From positions 186,001 to 250,000 of the forward strand of contig NW_026515700.1 in NCBI RefSeq assembly GCF_025526975.1: a DNA stretch of 64,000 nucleotides. Direction: 5' to 3'. Source of the stretch: Fimicolochytrium jonesii (lineage: Eukaryota). Shown piece by piece: positions 25,196 to 37,433 of this stretch. Both the position numbers and the translations under genes were made by a program. Each line of letters opens with the position of its first letter. Position 1 is the stretch's first letter. Under the pieces are notes generated by a model. The model did no database searches, was not told the DNA's origin, and was given only the letters and a program-made list of their open reading frames with translations.

Positions 25196-27877
25196 TTACG
25201 TGTCGACCTGCATAGCGTCTTCGTCCTCGGCCTCGTCCTGGTCTTCACTGTCCTCGTCATCCTCCTCTCCTTCCGACGACCCATCCAACATCGCCCCTGC
25301 GCCATGCACATGCCCGTTCCCCACCCCCGCTTTCTCAATCCACCTCCTCACTTCATCCCCCTCTCCGTTCTCCATCGCCTCCTCCGTGGACTCGTCGTCC
25401 ACCGCATCCAACCCGCCCATCCTCTCCACCGTCCAATCCACCAAAAAGCTCCCCCGGACCGCCTCCCCCGCCGCCCGCTCATGCCGCTCCGTATACACCA
25501 CCAGCGCCTCCACGACCTCCCTCCCGCCCCGTAGTCCCAGCAGCGTCTCGGGGCGCACGCCGTGCAGAATCACATACAGCAGCGTCTGCGCGACCCTCGC
25601 GTGGCGCGTGTTCGTGTTCCACGCGCGGAGATGGGTGAGCAGTTTGAGGAGGTTGGGCGGGGAGAGACGCGGGAGGAGGGCGTCGACGGCCAGGGAGCCG
25701 GTTGTGGAGTCGCGGTCCGGGCGCGTGTGCAGGAGGTCGGTGAAGAGCGCGAGCAGGCGGTGGGGTTTGGAGAGGCGGAGCGCGAGGAGGATCGCGCGTT
25801 TGTAGTCCCGGGTGTGGAGGTAGTTTGAGAGGTCTTGTTCACTAAAAAAAACAAAAACGGAAAAATAACGACAGGGTGAGTTTGGGGAGGCGGGGGGATT
25901 TTTTCTGTGAGGCGACACTTACAGCAAGACCTGCTCCTCATGCACCTTCTGTTTCTCCTCCTGTTCCTGGATCGTCACGTCTTCCCACACGACGACGGTC
26001 GAATCCGACGACCCGGACACAACGCGTGTCTCGTCCTTCGTGACCGCCAGCGCCCATATCCGGTCCTCATGTCCATCCAACGTGCCCACACACTCGTTCG
26101 TTCGAATCGTCCACAGCTTGAGGAGCCCGTCGCTCCCGCAGGACACGAGCTGCATCCCCGCGGACAGAAACGCGCAGCGGAGGACGGAGTTGGTGTGGCC
26201 CTCGAAGGTCTTGACGCAGGAGAAATCGGTCACGTTCCACAGCTTGATGGTCTTGTCGGTTGAGGAGGTTGCGAGGATCTGGTCGACGGGGGAGAAGGCG
26301 ACGCTCCACAGCCCGCGACGGTGGCCTTTGAATGTTCCGAGGAGGCGGCCGTCGTCGGTTGACCACAACTTGGCGGTCTTGTCGAGGGCGCAGGAGGCAA
26401 AGACTTTGTCGTTGGGAGCGACTGCGATGGATTGGATGTCTTTGTCGTGGGCTTGGAACGTGTAGCGGGTTTTTAGTTTTACGGGTTCAGAGGATGAGGA
26501 GGGGGTGATCGGGATGTCCCAGACTTTGATGGTACGGTCGTGAGAGCCGGTTATGACAAAGCCGTTGGATTTGCGCGGGAAGGCGACGGCGCTGACGGGT
26601 TCGGTGTGGCCTACGCAGGTGCCGACCTTGACACACCTGTTGTCTGCGTTCTCCTCCTCATCAGCGTTGAATCGCCATACGACCGCGGTGTGGTCGTGTG
26701 ACCCGGAGACGAGCATCGTGCCGTCGCGGGAGGCGGCGACGGACATGATGATCTCGGTGTGGCCGTAGAGGATGTCGCAGTCCATGGTGGAGAGGTTGTA
26801 GACGCGCAGCTGTTCGGTGTTGGTTACGACGGCGAGGTGGCTGTCGTCTTTGCCCACCAGAGCGAGATCGAGGACTTCTTGGTTGTATCCTGCGATCTGC
26901 CGGACTCGTTTAAGGTTATCCGTCACATCGTAGAAGAGGAGGTTCTGGTCGGTGGTTATTGCAACGAGGGTTTGCGTGCTATTCAGGTAGACCGACCCTG
27001 AGATCTCGTGCTTGTTGTTTTCCTCTGCGGCCTGGGTGGCGAGACATGTCCCTGATGCCACGTCCCATATCCTCATGATACCCTTGTCTCCGCCCGTGTA
27101 GACCACCAAGTTCCCCTTTTCCGCAAACGGCGAGTCTGCAGGCAAGACACCGAGCGTCTCGACGGATTCGTAGATCGGCAGGGTCTTTTCGAGTTCGTAG
27201 GTGCCCATATTCCAAACGTTCAGCACCTTGTCTCGCGCTCCCGACACCAGTAGGGACCCGTCCAAGCTGAAATCGAGACCTCTTATCACACTGACGTGGC
27301 TGTCCAAAACCGCGACGCACGCCCGTTTGTGCAGGTCCCACACACGGATCTTGCAGTCGTCGCTACCAGACACCAGCCGAATACGCTTCTTGTCCGAGTG
27401 GAACTTAACGGCGCTGATGATACCCCCGTGCCCCTTGAGGTTGTGTGTGCAGAACCCTCCGTCCACATCCCACACCTTCACTGTGCTGTCCGCCGACCCA
27501 GTCGCCACCAACGTCGACGTTGCATCAAAATCCATAGCGATCACCGGCGCCTCGTGTGCCTTCCAACTCCGCACCTCGTCTCCCGTCTCCAAGTCCCACA
27601 GCTTCAGCAGCAAGCTCTGACTCGCGCTGACCAAGTGTTCCCCGTCCGGTTTTACGGCGAGACAGGAGATGACGTCCGACTCTCCTTTCAGCCTGAACAC
27701 CTGGTGGCCGGTGGCGAGGTCCATGACGTTGACGTCGTCGCCGACGGGGGTGATGAGGAAGCGCTCATCGGCTGTGACGACTGCTTTTCCGCCGGTGTAT
27801 GTGGACTCGATTGTGGTTGCGACCTTGAAGTTTGTCTTCAGGTGCAGTTTGCCGTATTGTGCTGTTGCCGTCGCCAT
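25196..27877 (-). CDS. UTP13: U3 snoRNP WD40 protein Utp13/TBL3 (exons 25923-27877 and 25196-25841)
   Basis: Many WD40 repeats (THNLKGHGG, AHDKDI..APND, GHRRGLWS) and Utp13 C-terminal domain EQDLSNY...WNTN...AQ...YTERH. Confidence 0.95.
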
Positions 27878-28244
27878 GGCTTCCGGGTCTGTTGCTTTGG
27901 GGTGGAGCGATACGGAGCTCACGTCGTTGGCCACTTTCCTCTGCTATCCGTGGGATAAGTGAGTACTCCTACGTGACCGACACACCTCTTTGCAGCACAG
28001 TAGGAGTGAACGGGAAACGCAGGGCAAGGGAGGCAAGGGGAGTCTGGGAAGCGCGTGTGGCGCACGGGGTGGCTTGCAGGCCGCGTGGCTTGGGCGTCCC
28101 CCGGGCAGCTACTACTCACCAGACTGCTAACTAGGCCTTGCAAGTTCCTCTTTCCCACGCCCCAAAAACAACAACTGCAAAGCGCACGTCCGGCGCTCGC
28201 TCAGCGTCTCGAACAAGTCGGACAGCGGGAAGAAGGTTCGAACG

Positions 28245-29798
28245 ATGTGGCAGCCCCACTTGCAGTTCAGGATCGCTTGCCGAGGCATTTCCGTTGCTGA
28301 GGGTAGCGCTACGGCGCGGAATTCCCAGGCATCCAGGCGAACCCACCGCCTTTCACAACAACGGCATCAGCGGAGGCCTGCGGAATGCGCTCACTTACAG
28401 CACAGAAGCGACACGAGGATACCTGATGAGCGCAGCCGGAACCTATCTTTTTTCAGTGGATTTTTGGGCACCAGGCGAAAACAGTCGAAACAGTCGCCAT
28501 TTGCAGCATTCCTAGCTGCTTTTCAAACACCATCACGGGGGCTTTGTGGGCGGACGAACATAGGGGCACGGTCGAGGCCGGCGAGTGGGATATGGGCTAT
28601 GCCGGATGCGCGCGTGGCGTCGTCCTTAGCGTCGGGATCCCTGGGAGGGCGGAAGGAGGTGGGAACGACGACAGGCGCGTCGCGGAGTGCAGAGGGAACG
28701 CCTTTAGCAGGGGAACAACAAGGAACGACGACGATAACATTGAATTCAACATCCAGCTCAATACCTGACCCAACCTCCCCTCCACCGACACCCCTACTTC
28801 CACCCACATCCCCATCGATCGATGAGCCCGTCGTCTCGCCTCGAGATCTCCGCTGGTCGCCCGCGCCTCCATTCACACCCTCCATATACCTTGCCCTCTC
28901 CAAATCCAAACTCTCCGCCTTCGTTGTCCTGACGGCCATGGCCGGCTACGCGCTCTCTCCCGGCTCTCTAACCGTCAGCACGCTCCTCATCACAACCGTC
29001 GGAACCGCCCTCTGCTCCGCCTCCGCCAACACCATCAACCAATGGGCCGAACAGCCCTACGACGCCCAAATGGCCCGCACGCGCACCCGCACTTTAGTCA
29101 AACACGCGGCATCCCCCCTCCACGCCTTCTCCGCGGGCATCGGCGCAGGCGTCGCCGGCACCGCCCTCCTCTTCACCTACGTCAACCCACTAACCGCCTC
29201 CCTCGGCCTCGCCAACATCCTCCTCTACACCTGCGTCTACACCCCCTTAAAACGCGTATCCATCGCCAACACCTGGGCCGGCGCCATCGTCGGCGCCATA
29301 CCCCCCCTTATGGGCTGGGCAGCTGCCACAAACTCCATCTCACCAGTAACCGATTCGGGTGCGTACATCCTCGCACTCATCCTCTACGCGTGGCAGTTCC
29401 CGCATTTCAATTCCCTTGCATGGAACCTCCGCCCAGATTACTCGAAAGCCGGATACAGGATGATGTCGGTGACGGACCCAGCGCTGAACGCACGCGTGGC
29501 ACTCCGGTACGCCGCTTCCCTCTTCCCAATATCCTACCTCGCCACGTACACCGGTCTCGCGACGACGTGGTTCGCCCTAGACTCGACCCTCGTCAACGCC
29601 GGGTTGCTGATCCCCGCGATCGCGTTCTGGAAACGGCCGGATGATAAGAGTGCGCGCACGCTGTTCTTTGCGAGTTTGGTGCATCTGCCGGTGCTTTTGA
29701 TCCTGCTGATGGTGCATAAGACGCCGGAACAGGAGGGGGATGAGGGAGGCGAGAAGGCGTGGTCGTGGGACGGGGTTTGGAGGATGTTGGGGATTTGA
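28245..29798 (+). CDS. COX10: Protoheme IX farnesyltransferase (heme O synthase), mitochondrial
   Basis: YLALSK..L, ANTINQ..E..YDAQMART..R, YTPLKR, NTWAGAIVGAIPPLMGW, WQFPHF, DY.KAGY.M. Confidence 0.96.
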   Translation: MWQPHLQFRIACRGISVAEGSATARNSQASRRTHRLSQQRHQRRPAECAHLQHRSDTRIPDERSRNLSFFSGFLGTRRKQSKQSPFAAFLAAFQTPSRGLCGRTNIGARSRPASGIWAMPDARVASSLASGSLGGRKEVGTTTGASRSAEGTPLAGEQQGTTTITLNSTSSSIPDPTSPPPTPLLPPTSPSIDEPVVSPRDLRWSPAPPFTPSIYLALSKSKLSAFVVLTAMAGYALSPGSLTVSTLLITTVGTALCSASANTINQWAEQPYDAQMARTRTRTLVKHAASPLHAFSAGIGAGVAGTALLFTYVNPLTASLGLANILLYTCVYTPLKRVSIANTWAGAIVGAIPPLMGWAAATNSISPVTDSGAYILALILYAWQFPHFNSLAWNLRPDYSKAGYRMMSVTDPALNARVALRYAASLFPISYLATYTGLATTWFALDSTLVNAGLLIPAIAFWKRPDDKSARTLFFASLVHLPVLLILLMVHKTPEQEGDEGGEKAWSWDGVWRMLGI

Positions 29799-30321
29799 AC
29801 ACCGCCCGAAGGGGGAGTACGCTAGAATCCTCCCATCAACCATCATTGATCTCACGACACAGGCATCAGGAAAGGGGGCATCGCTCGACGTGTCTGCGAT
29901 GACTCCCAAAGAAGTGCTGAAGCGTAGATTGGCAATCATAGATATATCCCATAAATACAGAACATAGCTGCGAAAACGGTCACCTAGGACCCCCTGCGGA
30001 GGGAAATCATTTTTGCACATGGGCGAAATAGCTGCGAAAACGGTCACCGAGTACTTTTTGCGATGCCGTAGAAGGAGCTTTTTGCGATGCCCCCTTGTGT
30101 TTCGTCCATAGAGAGAGCTGATGGTTTTCGTGCAGCTTCCGAAGAGAAAAGACCGGGGGTTTGTCTTCTCTTCTGCGTCCCCAGGGTTGGAAAAGAGGAG
30201 GTCCATGTAATAGTAGCCGTATGAATCAGAGGGGAAAGCCTCTTCTCGCGCGTTGCATTTTTCATAAACACCCCCCCCCCCCCCCTCCTCAGCTCCCAAC
30301 CCCCCTCAGCACCCATCAACA

Positions 30322-32258
30322 ATGACCCACCCCGCCACACTCTCAGAGTCCGAGGACCCCGCCCATCTCGCCCAAGCGGCCCGCACCGCCTCGCTGGCCC
30401 TGCAGTCCGCGACCCCGGCGCACAAGTCGGCGGCGTTGAGGCGGATTCACCAGTTGTTGGCGGAGAGGAGGGGGGCGATTTTGGAGGCTAATCGGAGGGA
30501 TTTGGAGGTGAGGGAGGGCAGGGGAGGGGGGAGGGGGCGGAGGAATGATTGAGGTTCTGAGCGAAGCGAGGAGAAGGCGAGCGGTGTCGAGCCAAATGCC
30601 CCCCGAAGGCGCAAGAATGCTTGAGGGTTGTGAGCTTAGTGAGGAGAAGGCGAGCGCACTGCGCCGGAGGTGCAGGAATGGTTGCATGTGGCGAGGTCGG
30701 AGGACTAGGATTGCAGATCGCCCCAACCTTCTTGTCGCGAGCGGAGGGAGCAGGGTATGGTTTCAAACCGCCGCTCCGTTTTGATGGCCGTTGATGGGTT
30801 GATGGTTGATGAGTTGATCAGTCGTAGACTGTTGATGATCATTCCTCACCTTCTCCACCTCTCCATTCCCCTCAGGCCGCCAAAAAAGAAGTAGACGCCG
30901 GCCGTCTCTCCCCCTCCCTCTTCGCCCGCCTCGACCTGTCCCACGGCGACAAATTCGCCTCCCTCCTGCAAGGCGTCCTCGACGTCGACTCCCTCCCGGA
31001 CCCCACCAACAAAATCACCCTCGCGCGGCGTCTCGCGGACGACCTCAACCTGTACCGCGTCACCTGCCCCGTAGGCGTGCTGCTGATTATCTTCGAGGCT
31101 CGCCCCGAGGTGGTGGTGCAGATCTCGTGTTTGGCGATCAAGAGCGGGAATGCGGTTATCTTGAAGGGCGGGAAGGAGGCCGCGGAGAGTAATCGGGTGT
31201 TGTTTGCGGTCTTGAGGGAGGCGTTGGAGGATGTTGGGAGGGAGTTTGCGGCGGAAAACAAGGTTGCGGGTGTCACGCACGACGACGACGACGACGACGA
31301 CGATGAAGACGTCGAAACCGCCACTCGAGCGAACCAACCCTTCCCAATCCCCCCAACCGCCATCCAACTCGTCTCTACCCGCTCCCAAATCGCCACCCTC
31401 CTCACCCTCGACACCTACATCGACCTCGTCATCCCCCGCGGCTCCAAATCCCTCGTACAATACATCCAATCCTCCACCCGTATCCCCGTTCTCGGCCACG
31501 CCGACGGGGTCTGCAGCGTGTTTATCGACGCCTCTGCCGACGTCGACAAAGCCGTGAAAGTCGTCGTGGACGCAAAGACGAGTTACCCCGCCGCCTGTAA
31601 TTCAGCCGAGACGCTTGTCGTGCACCGCAAGGCATTGCCCACCGTCCTACCCAAACTCGCCGCTGCCTTGGTCAACCACGGCGTCCAACTCCGCGCCGAC
31701 CAGGAATCCCACGCCTGCCTCGCCTCCCTCAACATCCCCTCCACCCCCGCCACCCCCGACGACCTCACAACAGAACACCTCTCCCTAACCCTCACCCTCG
31801 TGACCGTCGCCTCCCTCGCCGCGGCCATCACGCACATCAACACGCACGGATCGCACCACACGGACGTCATCGTGACAGAGAAGAAGAAGCGAGCGGAGCG
31901 GTTCATGCGCGATGTCGACGCCGCCGGCGTGTTCTGGAACGCGAGCAGTAGGTTCGCCGACGGGTTTCGGTATGGCTTTGGCGCGGAGATTGGGGTACGT
32001 TACCGTCTTTTATCGTTTTTCTTCCTCCCCCCTCTCTTTTCATTAGGCCCACTGACGTTTTTTACTCGACTTGGTTTCTAGGTCAGCACCAACAAAACAC
32101 ACGCCCGCGGCCCCGTCGGCCTCGCCGGCCTCCTGATCTACAAATACCGCCTGTACGGAGCCGCCGGCCACGCCTCCGCTGCGTATGGCGTGTCCGGTCA
32201 TCAGACGCCCTATCTGCATCAGGACATTGACGGCGTGCACGGCGTCGAGGATTTGTAG
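30322..32258 (+). CDS. PRO2: Gamma-glutamyl phosphate reductase, multi-exon
   Basis: PVGVLLIIFEARP, KSGNAVILKGGKEA, YPAACNSAETL, HGSHHTD, NASSRFADGFRYGFGAEIG, HARGPVGL. Confidence 0.96.
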
Positions 32259-32696
32259 GACGGCGGAAAACAGGGCGTCTATCCCCTATGCCGCTTCTTT
32301 GATATGAGTTTTTGCATATGAGGGTGGATCATCCCTGCGCATATACGCACAAGACACACCCCCCGTCCCCTCTTACGCAAAAAACCCCATCTTTCGTTCA
32401 CGCAAACAAAGCGGATCAAAACACCCCTTCTAATATAAAACAATTCAAAAGCATCGAAAGAAAAGCCGCTTTTTCTATCGGGGGGAACATCACACCCCCA
32501 TTTCCTGGGGGCGTTTGCGGTCACTACTCAACAGGCTGGTGGTGGATGTCTTCCTCTGGGGAGCTACTAAGTGCGGGGGCGGGCTACGAGACGTGCGGGG
32601 GCTATATACATGTTTTCTTTGGGGGGGGGGGGGGGGGGGGGTGGTTTCTGTTTTGGTTGCGGTGGGTGGGGAACGTGGTCTGCACTATGGCGGGGA

Positions 32697-33796
32697 CTAG
32701 AAGGTGGACCATTGCCAGTCGGAGGGCACGGACATGAGGGACATGCCTGTTTTGTCGTTTTCTGTAAAAGGGGGAAAAAGGACTTGGGTGAGCTGGGAAA
32801 CGGTACCACAACCCCCCCACCCCGTGGAAACCGCCCGTTTCGCACCACCGCCCAACCCACCTCGCCCCTTCTCGACGCCCGTCCCAATCGGCACCGCCTT
32901 CGCCGCAACCGACGGCACCACGCGTCCGGGTATATTCTCCGTATCCGAAAGATGACTATGCGGTGGTGGTGGTGGATGATGATGTGGGCGAGGCGGGGCG
33001 GGGCCGAACGGCGCGGGGGCGGCCTTTGGGGGTGCGCGTTGTAGGATGTTGTAGCAGGTTGTGCAGACGCGGGAGAGGGCGCCCGAGGGGTGGTATTGGC
33101 AGTCCTGGTCGAGGCGGATGGAGTGGGAGGAGCAGCGGAGGCAGAAGACGCCGCCGCATCTTCTGCACTGATTTCGATTTCGAGAGAAAATAGAGGTTGG
33201 AGATGGTCAGCGAGCCGGCCGTTTTCTAGAGGTGAAAGGCGCCCCAACCAACCACCCGCCGCCCCCCCCCCCCCCCCCCCCCCCCCGCATTTCCCCGACT
33301 CACATGATGCCTCCGAAACAAAAAGGTAAACCTCTGCCCGCACGCATCACACCCCATCGAATGCTGGTCCGGCTTCCAGTGGCTCCTCGACGGCGGGCCC
33401 AACATCTGCTGTCTCGCCATCTCGTTCCTGAACCCCGGCCGCGTCATCGGCGCATTGTGTAAGTTGCGCACAAGGCTCGGAGATAGCACCGACACGGAGC
33501 TTTCTGACCGCTCGCGGGCGGGGTGGTGTCTCGATGGGGGAAGGGAGGATTCGGGACGGAGGGAGGAGGGCGGGAGGTCGGTGGACGAGGAGGCGGCGGC
33601 GGAGGGGACGGAGGAGTGGCCGGTGTGGGTGGAGGAGTAGATGGGGTTGGGGTTGGGGTTGGAACCCATGACCGGGTGGGAGGGCCGTTTGTGGAGGCGG
33701 TTGTAGAATGTCTGCCGGAAACAGACATAGAGGTTTGGTGTCAGCGGGAGGTAACCGAGACGTTTAATCTGCTGGGACACTCACCTGAGGGTCCAT
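32697..33796 (-). CDS. PIB2: Pib2-like FYVE-domain TORC1 activator (3 exons)
   Basis: SHWKPD (WxxD), RRHH|CRRCGGVFC, RVC, and C-terminal tail SVPSDWQWSTF* resembling the Pib2 tail motif. Confidence 0.82.
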
Positions 33797-34476
33797 GTCG
33801 TATATCTATCCCGGAAAGTTGGGAGTGTGCTGTATTTTGAAGGAGGAGGAAAAGAACACTCCTAATGGGTGCAGGGAAAAGAGTGAAGGTTCAGGCGCCT
33901 GGCACCACGTCGCTCGACTTTCGCAGCACAGGCATCCGGAGGAGACGAGGGTCGGGGGCGGGGTTGGAGAGCGACGGTACTGTATGTAGCTACTGTGGCC
34001 GGGGCGATGCAGTAGGAGAGTAGGAGGTGGTCTGTACGTTCGTCTTTCCGTTGGCGGAATGACGATGAGCGGCTGTCAGGAGGTGTTACAAGTCCCACCG
34101 CAGCTGCAGCTGGAGAGAGGTCGCAGGAGGATGCACCACGGCGGCGGTTCGTCCTACATATACAGTGCAGTGCGTCCGAGGGATGGTCTCCCGATAGTCT
34201 GCCGACAAGCACCGCTGCTGGTTGTGCACGACGCAGCAAGGGCCCGATGCGTCGAAATCGTCGCTGTGGAGGCGTTCAATCCCTCTCCCCACTTCCCACG
34301 GCGTCCAATCCCCCAGCAACAACAACAGCCGCTTTGGCGGGGATAGATCCCTAACGGACCCAAAGCACTCCGCACCAACCAGTCGGGAGGAAGGAAGGCC
34401 CCCCAATACCCTACGCTACTGTCTCGGTCTCACCACCGCTTCCCTCCGCAGGGAGGCTCAAATACGAGAGCGAGCC

Positions 34477-36212
34477 ATGAGCATCACCATCCTCCCCATG
34501 AGGCTGCAGCTCATAACCCTCCCCAAGGCTTCCTTGTACGGGATCATGCAACCCGTCGTAAAGAACCTTTTCTTCAGAGAGTATGTTCCCCCTCCCGTAT
34601 CCTCCGTCTCGCATGACTTTCCTTACTCAGTGTTTTGAAAAAAAAAACAAAACAGAAAAGCCTCCTTCTTCTCCTACACCGAGAACGCCCTCGAAGTCTC
34701 CATCATAGCCGACGTCGACACCGTCCAACACGACTTTGCCGCCGTCAGCTGCCCCGGCCTGATCATATGCGCCGACCCGTTTCGCGCTATGCAGGTGGAC
34801 TCGGACTCGGGGTATGGGCTGGATAACTCGGCCCAGCGGATTAATGAGATTTCGTCTCCGTTGGCGAAGGCCGGTGTTAGCATTTTTTATTTGTCGACTT
34901 ATCAGACGGATTATGTTTTTGTGAGTACCGTGAACGTAGTGAGCGTCTGCGGCGAGCGAAGCGAGGAGCAGGGATGCTTGAGGCAGGCGAGCCACCAGGC
35001 GAGCATTGGGTCAGTCTGAGAGACCGAGTGTCAGCGAGGTCAACCAGAGCGAACGCTTCGCGAGCCAGAGGCGCAATACTCCCCTCACGCATTCTTTAGC
35101 GAACCTCAGCGAGCCTCAGATCTTTTGCGAGCAAAGCAAGCACCACATTGCCCCCAAGGCGCAACACTCCCCTCATCCACGTATTTGTTGATGGGTGGTT
35201 GCTGGGTTGAGGATTAATGGGTTGATGGGTTGATGATTCGTTGAAAGTTGATGGTTGACAAAGTTTTGTTTCTTCGAAAAGGTGAAAGAACGTCGGATGT
35301 CGCTAGTGATATCCACCCTCCAAGCGCACGATTTCCACTTCTTCGACCTCGACGACCTTGACCTCGACTGCACACCTCCCACAACACCGGCAGCAGGTGC
35401 ACCGACCTACTCCGACGCCACCTACAGCTCGTCCTCACCCACGCGCAACATCCTACACACACCCTTTACCGCCCTATCAGGCATGGACTCCAGCCCATCC
35501 TCACCCTCCAACCCTAAATCATCAACATCCTCATCCGACGACGCCCTCCTCCAAAACGGGAAATTCATCGCCCGCAAACTCATTCCGCGCTACACCGTCC
35601 GTCTCGTCGGCCTGAACCGCGAATACATCGACACATGGGCCCTCAGTCTCGTCAAAGTCTTCTTCTACGAGGAAACCCTCACCCCATCATCACAATCATC
35701 ACCACACTCCGCCGAACCACCCGTCGCAGGCCGCTTCTTCAACTACACCGCAACAGAAGAAGGCATCTCCGTCATCGCCGACGAAGGTCTCCTGGAGGTC
35801 TTCCCGGAACACATCCTGAACACGAGCGCGAGCCTGAAAGCGCTGAAATGCATTCAGGTCGATTTGAGCGATTACGGGTTGGATCGGTGTGGGATTGTGT
35901 ACTCGATGTCGGAGCCGTTGGCGAGGAGCCAGATTGATCTGCTTTATGTTAGCACTTACACGACTGCTAATATACTGGTAAAGTGCACACACACACCCCA
36001 TGCAGTTTCGTTTTGATGTCTCGTATTGCTGTCAGTTCTCACATTTACGTTTGGGGATTTTGGGTTTTGTACAGGTAGACGCCGGCGACCTCCCCCGAGC
36101 CATCCACATCCTCGACGACGTGATCCACCGCGAAGAGGAGCACAGATACCGCCGCGATTCAGACCCGTCCACAACGCCGCTCATCACCATCAACGAAGCG
36201 CCCGACGCTTGA
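34477..36212 (+). CDS. CASTOR: CASTOR/GATS-family tandem ACT-domain protein (arginine-sensor family), multi-exon
   Basis: FFSYTENALEVSII, PLAKAGVSIFYLSTYQTDYVFV, FFNYTATEEGIS, GLDRCGIVYSMSEPLA..I.LLYVSTYTTANILV. Confidence 0.85.
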
Positions 36213-37433
36213 TACCCCATCAACCCGACAGCGTGGGTGATGTATACCGTCCTTCTTTTTTGTTTTCCCCCCAATTTTGTATATATCTCGTATCTATCCT
36301 TGTATCTATCTATGTATCTATCGCACCTCATCGTCGCCCCCCCCTCCCCGAAGGTGAATATGCCGGCCCTACCTATTTTCACTTATTACCCTTATTCCCT
36401 GTATATCCGACCCCTGTCCCCAAAGTCCCCAAGCGCGTTGATTAGGTTCTTTGTTTTTTACATGGCTGCTTTTGATGTGGGCTTTGAATATCGTTCTTGC
36501 AGTGTGGTACGGTGTGATGGGTGGATATGCGGGGGGTTGCTTGATATCAGTATCCGCCAAAGGTTACTTCACACCTCGGACCGTCCTCCTCAACTCAAGT
36601 GGCCATCGCACTCGGATGCTACTCCTCAGGGTCAAGGCACCACGATTGCCGCTTAGCAGGACGTTATTCAGCGGGCGTCAGCAGCACAGCAAGGTGAGTA
36701 AAAGGTGGGTGCGCCTCTGTGCATACCGTAGGAAGGCATCCTCACCCAAAAACCTCTGTTCGAAAAGCGAGCCGTGCACATCATAATCCCCGACGACTAC
36801 GGCACGATCTCCGAAAAGCCCGTAGAAAACCGATCCCTTTTGTTCAGCGACTCGGGCAGATATATGACAGGAGCGACAAACACAACGCGAAACTGACGCG
36901 TCCCCGACAGTGTCCATGTCCTCCCGCGGCGAGCACATCAAGGAACGAGAGTCTGCCCACAGACGCGGACGTCGGCTGTGCGAGGGGTCCTTGTCGTCCG
37001 TTCCGGTGGAAGTGATTTGCCCACAATGTCGGCCGGGATATGGGGTTCGGTGGTTGTCACGTTCTGCACATACGCGAGAAACAAACATGACAAACGCGAA
37101 ACTGACGGATTCATCTTTCCCGAGGGCAACGGAAAGCTTGTAAGTGCGCGCACTGTCCTCCTCCCTTATATTCGGCAGAGATCGCCTCGCACTGCAATCT
37201 CTTGAGAGCAGGACTTGAATTGCGAGAGTGGACTAAGATTATACGAGAGCTCCTTATAGCAATGACCTCCTGACAGTCTGTATCATACAACGCACAAAAA
37301 TGTCGATCTACAGTACATCTCATACGCACATCACCAGGGGAAATATCTCACAGAACGCATCGTCATCAGCACACCCTCACCGTCCCATGCACCTACCGTA
37401 TCTATCTACAACCCGCATCCGTTTCCATCCCTT

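Noticed and set aside
36650..37150. Intergenic ORFs and a repeated 15-mer AACGCGAAACTGACG
   Set aside because: No recognisable domain; two copies of an SCB-like motif between convergent genes is weak evidence.
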